From an uncultured Acidobacteriota bacterium (GTDB taxonomy: Bacteria; Acidobacteriota; Vicinamibacteria; Vicinamibacterales; Fen-181), in the NCBI GenBank assembly GCA_963783255.1, contig CAWAMP010000011.1, positions 96,257 through 160,256 of the forward strand: a DNA stretch of 64,000 nucleotides, given 5' to 3'. Within the stretch, counting starts at the first letter, position 1, and every line of letters begins with the position of its first letter. Positions 29,066 through 39,287 of this stretch are shown in pieces. The notes under the pieces were generated by a model, which was not told where the DNA came from, ran no database searches, and saw only the letters and a program-made list of their open reading frames with translations. The translations under genes and the position numbers were made by a program.

Positions 29066-30968
29066 CTATGCCGACCGTGCTTCGGCCGGCCGCTGCACGA
29101 GGACCGGCTCCGCCGCCAGATCACCGTCCGGGCGAAGGGCCCCGAGAGGGTCCCTGACCTCTTCGAACCGGATTTCCATTCTGACCAGCCTCGCACCCGC
29201 CCGCGTACAAGCCTCCCGCGCCAGCGCAACCGCAGATTCGGGGATCTTGCGTGTCGAAATGACCACCGCGCCGACCCGGTTCGAGCGGACGCAGGCCTCG
29301 AGGTTGTTGACGTTCCCGACTATGGGCACGCCGTTCACGGTCTTCCCGACCCGCAGTGGGTCATCGTCGATGAACCCGACCGCGTGCAGATCCACGTGCC
29401 GGTTCGACAGCATCTCCCGCAGCGTGCTGGCGCCTCCCTGGCCGGCCCCATAGATGAGTGCGGGTACGCCGCCCTTCACCGCGCGCTCGCGGCTCGCATC
29501 CAGAATGCGATAGGACATCCGGGACCCGAGCGCGAGCCCCATTGCCACCAGCGCGTAGATCAGGAAGAGCGACATCGCGGCCGGCTGCTGCAGAACCACA
29601 TTCACGCCAACAAACGCAAGGAACGACGCGGCGACGATTGCGGCGCAAATGCGCACGCTGTCGTAGACGCTGGCGAGGCGCCAGGATCCGCGGTAGACGC
29701 GCAGCAGCCAGAGGATCAGGACCGTCGTCGGAATCAGCGTGGCCGTCATGGCGGTTTGCAGTGCGCGGTACGACCTCAGCGTCCAGTCGTCGTGTTTCAG
29801 CCCGATCGCCGCGAACACCGCGATGCCGACAAACAGGATGTCGATGAAGACGACGAAGATCGAACGCCTGAGGACGGGCGTGTCGTACAGCCGCAGGACC
29901 ACGCCGGAACGAATGACCGCAAACTCCTCATAGCCGAGTCGGCCGACGCCCACGAAGGCGGCCAGTAAAAGGCCGGCCAACAGGAGGCCGGCGCGTTCGG
30001 CCGTAAGGAACACCGAGACGAGGCCAGCGGCCGCGAGACAGAGGCCGGCGGCGTAGAGTACCAGAACGGCCCGTCGCTGGTCGAGTCCGAGGTCAAGCAG
30101 GCGATGATGCACGTGCTCCCGGTCTGCAGTGAAGATGCGGCCCCTCCCATGCCAACCGGCGGCGCCGATCGCCCGCCGCACGATCGACAGCAGTGTGTCG
30201 GCGACCGGCACGCCGAACACGATGATGGGAAGGAGTGTGGCGAAACCCGCGGACACGGTCGAGCCGCCGCGCAGCGCAAGGCAGGCCAGGGTGAAGCCAA
30301 TGGCCGTCGCGCCCGTGTCTCCCAGGAAGCTCGACGCTGGATGGAAGTTGTAGGGGAGGAAGCCGGCCAGCGCGCCGGCGAGAATCATCGCGGCGACGGC
30401 GATTCCCGGCTGGTGGACGAGCAAGAATACCGCGACGAGGCTGCCGGCAGAGATGAATGCCAGGCCGGCGGAAAGGCCGTCCAGTCCGTCCACCAGGTTG
30501 AAGGCGTTGGTGACGCCGATCAACCACATGACCGAGATCGGCGCGGCCCACATGCCGATATGCACCGTGTAGCCCAAGACGTGCACGTCGGGGTTCAGGC
30601 TCACGCCGAGCGCCACGGCGACGATTGCACCGGCGACGTGGCCCGCAAACTTGGGACCCGCTGGCAGGCGCCTGACGTCGTCGACGAACGAGACGACGAC
30701 GATGGGGATGAGCCCGAGGGCCAGCCCGAACCAGAGGGAGTCTGCCTTGAACACGGAGGTGGTGGCCGACACGAACGCGAAGACCAAGAATCGCAGCAAC
30801 CATGACGGCCAGGCCCCCGAGACGCGGGGTCGGTGTGGCGTGGATCTTCCGCGCCGTGGGGCGATCGACAGCCCCGAGCCGCAGCGCCAGCCGACGGGCG
30901 AGGGGCGTCAGCAGCCAACTAAGGACTGCTGCGCCGATACCTGGCAGGACGAGAAACAGCATCGGCAT
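29066..30968 (-). CDS. WecA/MraY-like polyprenyl-phosphate sugar-1-phosphate transferase fused to a CapD/WbpM-type N-terminal membrane + Rossmann module; apparent frameshift near 30783-30800
   Basis: ORF 30093-30968 gives the N-terminus MPMLFLVLPGIGAAVLSWLLTPLARRLALRLGAVDRPTARKIHATPTPRLGGLAVMVAA. ORF 29066-30799 then continues with VDDVRRL...NAFNLVDGLDGLSAG...FLGDTGATAIGF. After that come 4-5 TM helices and ALIYGAGQGGASTLREML...FIDDDP...GVPIVG. Confidence 0.75.
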
Positions 30969-30998
30969 AATTGGTCCGAAGGGCGGAACGAGTTCACT

Positions 30999-32230
30999 CT
31001 AGGCGTGTCGGCCGCAGGCCGCCGCCAGAAACGACAGGTACGTCCGGGCCCACGTCGTGCGATTGAACTCTCGAGCTACAAATTTGCGGCCGGCCGTTCC
31101 CAAGCGCAGTCTGAGCTCAGGGGCGGCAGCCAGGCGGACGATCGCATCGCAGAGCTGCGCCTGGTTCTCGGGCTCGATTGCGAGTCCGCCGCCGGACGCC
31201 TCCAGCACCTCGCGCGCCTCGCCCTCGACCCCGAGAATCACCGGCTTGCCGGCGGCCATGGCCTCGAACAGTTTCGACGGGAGCACTGTCCGGAAGACAG
31301 GCGAGCGTTTGAGTGTGACGAGACAGATGTCCGACGCGTCGAGGTATCCTTCGCAAGGGTGCGGGGCACAAGACCGGTGAACTCTACATTGTCCAAAGCG
31401 AGATCCCTCGCCCGCCTCCGAATTGTGTCGAGTTCCGCTCCATCGCCGACAACCAGGAACTTCGCACCCGGCGACGTCTGCGACAACGACTGCGCGGCGT
31501 CGAGAACGGTCCCCAGGCCATGCGCCATTCCCACCGTGCCGACGTAGCTTACAAGGACGTCGTCGGCCGCGACTCCGAGGCGGCGCCTGGTCGTTTCGCG
31601 ATCTCCCGATTGCCACATGCCGACGTCGATTCCGTTCGGAACGAAGGCAAGCTTCTCTCGGTTGATGCCCCGCCGTTCGAGATTGAGCATGAACGCCCGG
31701 GTCACGCATACCACCAATCGCGCGTGGCGGTACATCCGCAGTTCCAGTCGCTCGAGGACGCGCAACAACACGCCCCGCGGAACCGCACCGACGGCGGCGA
31801 CCGAGTCGGGCCACAGGTCGCGCAACTCGAAGACCCACGGGATTCCCTTGATCGCGCTGGTCAAGTAGCCGGCGAACGCACAGAAGAACTGGGGGGACGT
31901 GGCGACGATGATGTCGAAGCGGCCGAGGCGGAACGCGCGCCAGGTGGCGGATGGTACGAAGGACAGGTAGTTCAGCGTTCGTCGCACGACGCCGGCGTTT
32001 GCCGCCAGAAACGTCCACACCCGATGAATCGTCACGCCCTCGAGCGTCTCCCGCATGTACCAGCCGGCGTTGTAGCCGCTGAACGGGACGCCTCTGGGGT
32101 GGCTCGGCACACAAGTCACGACATGCACCTCGTGCCCCTGCAGTGCCCATTCTCGGCAGTGCTCGAAGGTCCGGTTGGCGGGAGCGTTCACCTCCGGGGG
32201 GAAGTAGTGCGAGAGGAACAGGATGCGCAA
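30999..32230 (-). CDS. GT-B glycosyltransferase (family 4, WbuB-like); apparent frameshift near 31340-31360
   Basis: ORF 31238-32230 begins MRILFLSHYFPPEVNAPANRTFEHCREWALQGHEVHVVT. The C-terminal part YLDASDICLVTLKRSPVFRTVLPSKLFEAMAAGKPVILGVEGEA is in the frame of ORF 30999-32363. Confidence 0.75.
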
Positions 32231-32239
32231 GGAGCGTTG

Positions 32240-33871
32240 CTACGTGAACGAGATGGAGAAGTCCGTCCGAATCGAGTCGCGGAAGCGGACGGTTGCCGTC
32301 AGACACTGGCGCTCGAGTTCGAGGCCGAATTCCGGATGATAGGGAGCGCCGGAGCGCACCCATTCAAGAGCTTCCGACCGCACCTGCGCGATCACGCGTC
32401 CGCCTTCGATCGCCCGCCACGCCCGCCCGGCGCCGGCGAGTTCGATCCCGGGTGCGAAATGAAGTCGCACGCGCGCCGTGTGTTCGCCCCGGGCAAGTAC
32501 GGAATCGACCACTCGTAGAGCCCCTCCAAGAACGCCGGCTGAACGGTCGTGAGCGCTGTCTGCTCCAAGCCCGTGGGCGCCCGAGTATCCAGCGGCTGTG
32601 CGCCATCCGTTCCCTGGCGTGTCCTCCACCTGCGGCGGTCGACATAGCGGACGTCGCCCGCACCTGAACGCCGCCCACACCTCGGACTGGTCTCGCCCGT
32701 CAACCTCCACCGTGTTGTGGGCCGCGGTGGAGCGGTCGTGGGTGCGGTGGGCCCCCTCCGCGTAAGAAAACACGCCTGTATCCGTGATCAATTGCCGGCC
32801 GTGGACACTCAACTCGAAAGACAGGTTGTCCGCGTGCCCGTGGCCTGGCTGATGGTCGGGACCGAGCGGGCCGCCGTCAAACAACAGGTACGATGAACCG
32901 TCATGCCAGGAACAGTAGCCAGAGCCTTCCCCCCTCGCAGCGAAGTCTATCCGAGCGTCTTCAGCTGTTCCGAATCGAGCCTGCAACTCGGCGAGTGTCG
33001 GGGCGACCCCGAGAGCGGCGTCGTTGACGAGCGCGTACTGACCATCCGGATGAACCAGCCGGCCAAGGCCCCGCAACAGCCGGCCTCCAGTTGCGTGCGA
33101 CAGGGCGGTCACCAACCCAGCTTCTCGGTGCTGGCACTGGCCTCCGACTTCTGCGAGACGGAGAAGTCCGTGTACGAGGAGTGCCTGGTACATCGGGCTG
33201 CGCTCGTCGTGTACGTCGTCACTCAGAACCTGCCCAACCACTTCCTCCCGCATCAGGCTGGAGCCCAGCCTCAGCCAAGCGTCGGCGCGCGGCCCGGCGA
33301 AGCTGAGGCCGGCCCAGCACAGCGTTATGGCGTTCTCCGCCACGTGGTTCCCGAGAAGATGCAGTTCGATCTGTCGCGAAAGCGCCTCCGCCTGTGAGGC
33401 GATACTGCGAACCAGCCGGTCGCGGTGGTGTGACGGAAGACCGGGGTTGGCATGGATCCACTCGATCCACTCGCGAATGCGAAGCGAAAGAGGGTACGGC
33501 TCCCAGCCGGGAGACCGAACGTCCGTGTTGCAGGCGATCCAGTCGTCGAGCAGTCGCCACGCGTCCGCCCCCGCGAGCCCCCAAAGGTACTCGAAGTAAT
33601 GGAGGTTGTAGGTCCAAAGTCGCGGTGCGCCGTCGGGAGCCCAGCGGTCGTTCGCGGATCTCTGGCGGCGTGAATTGAGGAATCGGAAACTGTTGCCGTC
33701 GAACCCGCACGCGTGTTCCCTTGCGGGTCTCACGGCTCGACGACCTGGGAACTGAACGTCGTCCGGAACTGCCGGGATCGATCGAAGCGGCAACAGGCTG
33801 CGCTTTGCCCTGTTTGTGGCCTGCACCGGCCGCAGGTGCCGAACCGTGTTATAGAGTCGGGGAACGTTCAC
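32240..33871 (-). CDS. heparinase II/III-like family protein
   Basis: ...WTYNLHYFEYL...LLGNHVAENAITLCWAGL...GPLGPDHQPGHGHADNLSFEL...AHNTVEVDGRDQSEVWAAFR, the typical family pattern. Confidence 0.75.
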   Translation of the reverse strand: MNVPRLYNTVRHLRPVQATNRAKRSLLPLRSIPAVPDDVQFPGRRAVRPAREHACGFDGNSFRFLNSRRQRSANDRWAPDGAPRLWTYNLHYFEYLWGLAGADAWRLLDDWIACNTDVRSPGWEPYPLSLRIREWIEWIHANPGLPSHHRDRLVRSIASQAEALSRQIELHLLGNHVAENAITLCWAGLSFAGPRADAWLRLGSSLMREEVVGQVLSDDVHDERSPMYQALLVHGLLRLAEVGGQCQHREAGLVTALSHATGGRLLRGLGRLVHPDGQYALVNDAALGVAPTLAELQARFGTAEDARIDFAARGEGSGYCSWHDGSSYLLFDGGPLGPDHQPGHGHADNLSFELSVHGRQLITDTGVFSYAEGAHRTHDRSTAAHNTVEVDGRDQSEVWAAFRCGRRPLCRPPQVEDTPGNGWRTAAGYSGAHGLGADSAHDRSAGVLGGALRVVDSVLARGEHTARVRLHFAPGIELAGAGRAWRAIEGGRVIAQVRSEALEWVRSGAPYHPEFGLELERQCLTATVRFRDSIRTDFSISFT

Positions 33872-33878
33872 TGTCGAT

Positions 33879-34118
33879 TCAAGCGCGGCCGGGACTCAGA
33901 CCACTCCTCGAGCGCATCGGCGACACGGCCCGCAGCGTCGCCGTCCCAGACAGGGATGCCGGGCGGTCGCGGCCAGTTCCCGGAAAGCGCGTCGTTGAAC
34001 GCCTTGCGATTGCGAGCGGGGTCATTCCCAACCAGTCGACACGCGAAGCGCGCGCGACCGGCGCAAGCTTAGTGACATTGGGCCTAGCGCCGGCGCCGAG
34101 GTCAACGAGAAGCGTCAC
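33879..34118 (-). pseudogene. wecB remnant (N-terminal ~20 codons joined to C-terminal ~55 codons, out of frame)
   Basis: MTLLVDLGAGARPNVTKLAPVARA parallels LIDLVAGARPNFMKLAPVERA of the intact wecB. A second frame reads RLVGNDPARNRKAFNDALSGNWPRPPGIPVWDGDAAGRVADALEEW, which parallels RLVGNDAGLIRRAFDDAVSGRWPGGQDIPMWDGRAAERVEQALAEW. Confidence 0.7.
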
Positions 34119-36286
34119 GCTGTTCGATCACCAAAGCTGAGGGTGGGATGTCGAACGGCACGCCTTCGCGGAGGCTGCGAACGGCGAGAATCGATGCCAG
34201 CGTGACGGCGTAGAGATGCTCCCACGGAATTGGCCATCTCCCGGACTTTACTGCCTCTGCAAAGGCGCCGACCTCCGCCTTATGGCCCTTGTCTTGTGCG
34301 CCGAGTCGAACCCGGCGGGTCTTGCCGTTGGAGCACGTGGTCACCTCGCGGAAGTCCTCGATAACCGCTACTGCGCCTCCGCCAATGACCTCGACGCGCT
34401 CCTTAGGAAAGGCCTTGTCACCGCCTGAAAGGTAGGCAACGTTCGAGATGGAGCCGTTGGCGTGGCGGAGCGTGATGAAGCACTGGTCGTCGGTGATGGA
34501 TGGCGCATTGACACCGCCGATCGACTCGGCGAAGACGCGGACAGGTCGGGAGCCTGTCAGGAAGGTCGCCAGGTCAATAGCGTGGCACGCTTCGCCGATA
34601 ATGCGCCCGCCGCCCATGTCATCGTCCTGCGTCCAGTGGCTGGCGGGAATGGCGCCTGCGTTGAACCTGACCGACACCGTCACCGGCGCCGTGATCGCGC
34701 TCAGGAACTTCCTGACGGCGACGGCGGCCGGCGAGAACCGCCGATTGAACCCGACGGTGAGGACCGGCAGGTTCGGGGAGAGCTCTCGCAGCACACCCTC
34801 AAGTTCGATCAGTTGATCCTCGGTCACGGCAAGCGGCTTCTCGACGAACACGTGTCGGGCTGCCTTCAGCGCGCGTGCGACCTGATGCGGGTGCTCGGCA
34901 TGACGCGTCAGAACAAAGACCGCTTCGACCTGTTCGTCACCGATGACCGCGGCTTCGTCCGAGGCGGCCCTGGAGAAACCGAACTTCGAAGCGGCCGACG
35001 CTGCCGACAGTCCCCCCGAGGAACACAGCAGGCGGGGCGAGTACTCCCCGGAGTTGGTGATCGCCGGCAGCAATACCATCCTTGCGAAGTTGCCGGCACC
35101 CAGCACTCCGATTCCGATTCGACCCTCCGGGTCTCGCTTCCTGGGTGGTGCCGGTTGAATGCTGACCGGTTCGTCGGTAAGGGTGCCGGGGTACTCCAGC
35201 AGCACGCCCAGATAGGAGGACTTGCCCTCTTCGATCAGTTCGTACGCTTCGAGAGCCCGATCCATCGGAAAGCGGTGGCTAACAAGTGGAGAGAGGTCGA
35301 GACGCCCGTTTCCCATCAGGTCGAGAATGGCCTGCATGTTGCGCTGCTCGGTCCAACGCACGTAGGCCGGCGGGTAGTCGTGGCCCCGCTCTTCGTAGTC
35401 CGTGTCATAGCGGCCCGGCCCGTACGAGCAGGACACGACGAACTCGCACTCCTTGAAGTAGAAGGGCCGCCGGTCCAACTCGAGGCCCACGACGCCCACC
35501 AGCACGATCCGCCCTTTCTTGCGGACGGCGCCGGCCGCCAGCTCCACGGGGCCGTTCGAGCTGGTGGAAGCGGTCAGAATCACCGCGTCGGCGCCCAATC
35601 CGCGCGTGACCTCCTCGACCGCGTGGGCCGAAAGCCCGGGGCTCGCCTCCGCCGCTCCCATGCGCCGAGCCAGGTCACACTTGATCGCGTCCGGGTCCGT
35701 GCCAATGACCCGGACGCCGGAACTCTTGAGAAGCGCGATGGTGATCTGACCAATGAGTCCCAGGCCTACGACCAGCGCCGTAGAACCGATTTCCAGTTTC
35801 GCGAGTCGGACGCCCTGAAGCGCGATGGCCCCCAGTACCGGCGAAGGCAGCGTGGTCCAGCGCCACCCCTTCGGGCACGCTGGCGCAAAGGCGTCTTGGA
35901 ACGCAGACGACCTCCGCGTGGGGGCCGTTCGAGGCGACCCGGTCCCCCGGCTTGAGTTCCTCGACGCCAGCCCCAACGGCCAGCACGGTCCCGGACGATG
36001 AATACCCCATCGTCATGGGTTCGTCCAGCCTTGCCCGAACCTGCGCAACCGTATTGAGCAAGCCCTCGTTCCTGACCTTTTCCAGCACCCGCCGCACGTG
36101 GTCCGGCCGCTCGCGCGCCTTGCCCAGCAGCGACTTCTGCGCCAGCTCCATCGCTGTCTTCTCGGTCCCCGCGGAGATCAGCGAGAAGGCATTGGCGATG
36201 AGCACCGTTCCCGGCCGCGCCAGCGGCTGCGGGACCGCCGTCAGGCTGCGCTGGCCGTTCTTCAGACTCTGAACTACTTGCCGCAT
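34102..36286 (-). CDS. bi-domain oxidoreductase (Zn-alcohol-dehydrogenase-like + Gfo/Idh/MocA); apparent frameshift near 35830-35850
   Basis: ORF 35675-36286 gives the N-terminus (MRQVVQSLKNGQ...GYSSSGTVLAVGAGVEELKPGDRVA). ORF 34102-35976 continues with VLGAIALQGVRLAKLEIGSTALVVGLGLIGQ and then IGIGVLGAGNFAR...VFVEKPLA. The frames switch after ...LDHAAFA. Confidence 0.75.
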
Positions 36287-36288
36287 CG

Positions 36289-37950
36289 TTACCCCGTTCT
36301 CGGTCCTCGCAGCTGGGCCAACTCTCCCGCCGAGATTCTTCGGCTGGTCTCTCCAGAAACAGCCATTTCAGAGGCCATGATGGTCATGAGTGTCGGAATC
36401 CAAAGATCCTGCAGGGTATAGTCCACCGGCTCCTGGCTGGTGTTTCCTTGCGCCCATCGTGCACAAGAGCGGAACATGGCTCGGTGCCCCCGGTCCCGCA
36501 GGCCCCACCAACGCTTCACCACCGCCCCCCCCCGCCGCCAGTATGCCGACCGATAGTCCTCGATGACGAAGGTGCTACCGCCGCGCCGCGCTTCAACACG
36601 CTCTTGAACGCCCAGAGTGCCGTCGCCCCGCCCGGTGCCTATGATCGTGGCCTGCGAACCGTCCTCGAATTCGATCACAATGCAGGTCTCTTCGTCACGG
36701 CGCCCGTCGACGACCGGCGCCGTGACGCAGAGTGTCACGGGGTCGCGCTTGCGGCACAACAGGAAGGCCAGGTCGATCCAATGGCACAGATTGCCGGTGA
36801 TTCGTGTTCCCTGGTTCGGCCAATAGTACCAATGTCCCCTGGGGATGCTGGCCTCACGCACGGTACACACCACTGTGGTTGGGCCGTCGTCCCGGTCCAA
36901 CGCAGCAAGGGCGGCTAGCGTGAGCGGCGCGTACCGCCGGTTGTAGCCCACACGCCAGCGCTGAGGAGATTGCGCGCACACGGCGTGGAGTTCGGCCAAT
37001 TGGTCTCTGGTAGTCGCCGGCGGCTTCTCGACGAACACCCTCTTCCCGGCCCGGAGCCCGATCACGCTCAAGGGCGCGTGCGTCTCATGGAAGGTTGTCA
37101 CTACCAATAGACCGGTCCCGGGGTCTTCCACCGCTCCCATCGGAGCGGTAGACGCTCGGGCGGCGCTGAGGGCCTTCTTGACGAGTGCCGCGCAAACGGG
37201 GTCGCGGTCGACAACCCATCCGCATGCCAGGCCTCCGTGCAGCAGGTGATAGGCGGTTTGGGTCCGTGCATAGTTGCCTGCGCCGATGACCGCGAAGGAG
37301 CCCTTTTCGCCGTTGGCAATCGTCTTCTCCTCCAGCGTCGGGAGATCGTCGCCTCCTACTGACGACAGGCATCCAGGCGGGCTGGCCACGCCTTCAGCTT
37401 CGGCTTGCGCGAGCGCCTCGCACAGGCGTTCCCCATCGAATCCACTCGGCAGGCACGGCTTGATGCCTGAAGCCGGGTCGTAGCCGACCAGCGGAGAGAG
37501 CCATGTCCTCATGCGCTCAATGTTTCCTGGCTCAGCCCCCGCGAGTAGGAAGAACGCGGCCAACGCCCGCGTGCCGTTCCGATATCCGGGGACAGGAAAC
37601 ACGAGTTCGCGGGCAAAGGGCGCACGTGGCGTCCATTGCGGGTGCCGGGTCCCAATCACGAGGACGGCCGTAGCGTCTGCCAGCCGCTTCCCAGCCCCGA
37701 TCACAATCCCGCGCGAGCCACGCACTATCTCTTCGATCCTCCGTGAGCGTATCTTCCGGATGGTCTCGCCTAACCCATCTACCTTCGCGTAGCGCAGAAC
37801 CCGGCGCAAGTCACGTGGTTGCCGAACGAAGCCGCTCTCGTCCGACGGCCCTAGAGTCAGGCAAGCGTCGAGGCAGACAAGCTCTTCCCCTTGGCCCGGT
37901 AGCCACTCCGGGGTGTTTATCCAGCCGGCTCTACCAGTCAGTGTCTTCAT
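36289..37950 (-). CDS. Gfo/Idh/MocA-family oxidoreductase with long N-terminal extension
   Basis: FAVIGAGNYARTQ...RVFVEKPPATTRDQLAEL...VGYNRRYAP. Contains a G9 run (36525-36533) in the coding sequence. Confidence 0.65.
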   Translation of the reverse strand: MKTLTGRAGWINTPEWLPGQGEELVCLDACLTLGPSDESGFVRQPRDLRRVLRYAKVDGLGETIRKIRSRRIEEIVRGSRGIVIGAGKRLADATAVLVIGTRHPQWTPRAPFARELVFPVPGYRNGTRALAAFFLLAGAEPGNIERMRTWLSPLVGYDPASGIKPCLPSGFDGERLCEALAQAEAEGVASPPGCLSSVGGDDLPTLEEKTIANGEKGSFAVIGAGNYARTQTAYHLLHGGLACGWVVDRDPVCAALVKKALSAARASTAPMGAVEDPGTGLLVVTTFHETHAPLSVIGLRAGKRVFVEKPPATTRDQLAELHAVCAQSPQRWRVGYNRRYAPLTLAALAALDRDDGPTTVVCTVREASIPRGHWYYWPNQGTRITGNLCHWIDLAFLLCRKRDPVTLCVTAPVVDGRRDEETCIVIEFEDGSQATIIGTGRGDGTLGVQERVEARRGGSTFVIEDYRSAYWRRGGAVVKRWWGLRDRGHRAMFRSCARWAQGNTSQEPVDYTLQDLWIPTLMTIMASEMAVSGETSRRISAGELAQLRGPRTG

Positions 37951-38011
37951 GCTCGGCCAGCTTGCTGGTCAAGCTCACAACCCGAAGGGCGACTCTCCGG
38001 CGGGACCCGTT

Positions 38012-39274
38012 TCAGCAGATGTCCGCCGCCTCCCGGAACATCTTGAGACTCATTGCCGGACTGGTCGCATTCTCAGCGTAGGACGTGGCGTACGCGCGTG
38101 CGGCGGTGCGCATCTGTTCCCGAGCCGCCGGCGTCATGCCATTCAACTCCGCCAGGACCTTCCGGTAACCGTCCTCATCATCCAGCGGCACCACCCACCC
38201 ACAGCCCTTTTCACGTAAGTCTTTCCAAGGAGTCCGGTCGCTGATGATGGGTGGGCAGCCCGCTGCCAGCGCCTCAAGGATGACGTGGCCGAAGTTCTCG
38301 CCGCGGGTGGGGAAGAGCATCCCGTGGTAGGAAGCGAGGAGTTCCCGAACCTCGTTCGGCTTCACCGGGCCAAGGTAGTTGACGGTGACGTGGTCCGGCA
38401 TACTCGCGATCAGCCTCCGTAAGCGTTTCCAGTACGCCGCGTCATCCACGGGCCCCGCGATGTCGAACTGAACCGGGAAAGCAACGCCGGCGAGAACTGA
38501 CAGCGCGACATCGAGATTCTTCTTCGGAGAGATGCGTGAGAGGAAGGAAACCAGCAAGGGGCCGCCGTCGGGCGGCGCCTTCACCACCACTCGAGAAGCG
38601 ACGTTTTGGTTGGAGAACTCAGGCACCGTCCACGTAACTGCTTGCGCCCCGGCCCAGCGTAGGATTTCCGCTCGTTCATCCTCATTGGTCGCGTGCCATT
38701 TCACACCCTTCCACAGGCGGATCGCCTGCGCGGCCAAGAGGAAAGCCGCCTTCCTCCATCTCTTGACGCTCAGCGCTCCCGACGACAACTGGTTGCGCGG
38801 CGCCACCAATAGCGGTCGGCCCCCCAGGCAGTTCAGCCTGTGCAATAGGACCGCCCAAAGCCCCCACTTCCGAGAGAACATGTCGTTCAGGTAGACCAGA
38901 TCGCAGGGCTGGCCCCGCAACAAACGCGTGACCTGCACCCATCCCGCGAAACCTGGTGGAAGGTAGAATAGGTGTACGGCCTGTCGAACGATGTGGCCGT
39001 CGACTGGAAGGTCTGGGTATCGACTTTGTTCTCCTACGTCCCTGTCGGCTGTAGCGATGGTAAGGGCTGCGGCATCCCGCAATCTCTCGACCAAGGACTC
39101 CACGCTGGCTACGGGCCCACCACCCTTGTACCCCGGGCGGTATGTGGGCACTAGCACCAAGATGCGCGGCTTCGCGTCGTGCGCTCCCGTCCCCGACGAA
39201 GAGCATCTGCCGAATGCCGTCCGGAGTTCAGACACTCTGCCGCGAGGTCTGGCGGGGTGCGAATCACTCGGCAT
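38012..39274 (-). CDS. GT-B glycosyltransferase (family 4/1)
   Basis: KPRILVLVPTYRPGYKGGGPVASVESLVERL... with C-terminal ...FPTRGENFGHVILEALAAGCPPIISD. Confidence 0.75.
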   Translation of the reverse strand: MPSDSHPARPRGRVSELRTAFGRCSSSGTGAHDAKPRILVLVPTYRPGYKGGGPVASVESLVERLRDAAALTIATADRDVGEQSRYPDLPVDGHIVRQAVHLFYLPPGFAGWVQVTRLLRGQPCDLVYLNDMFSRKWGLWAVLLHRLNCLGGRPLLVAPRNQLSSGALSVKRWRKAAFLLAAQAIRLWKGVKWHATNEDERAEILRWAGAQAVTWTVPEFSNQNVASRVVVKAPPDGGPLLVSFLSRISPKKNLDVALSVLAGVAFPVQFDIAGPVDDAAYWKRLRRLIASMPDHVTVNYLGPVKPNEVRELLASYHGMLFPTRGENFGHVILEALAAGCPPIISDRTPWKDLREKGCGWVVPLDDEDGYRKVLAELNGMTPAAREQMRTAARAYATSYAENATSPAMSLKMFREAADIC

Positions 39275-39287
39275 CTGCTAGCCTCCG

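Noticed and set aside
30093-30968. 291-aa ORF treated as an independent gene
   Set aside because: Only its first ~60 codons are protein-like (the WecA N-terminus). The remainder is an Arg-rich run-on, and it is better explained as the 5' part of the frameshifted 29066-30968 gene.
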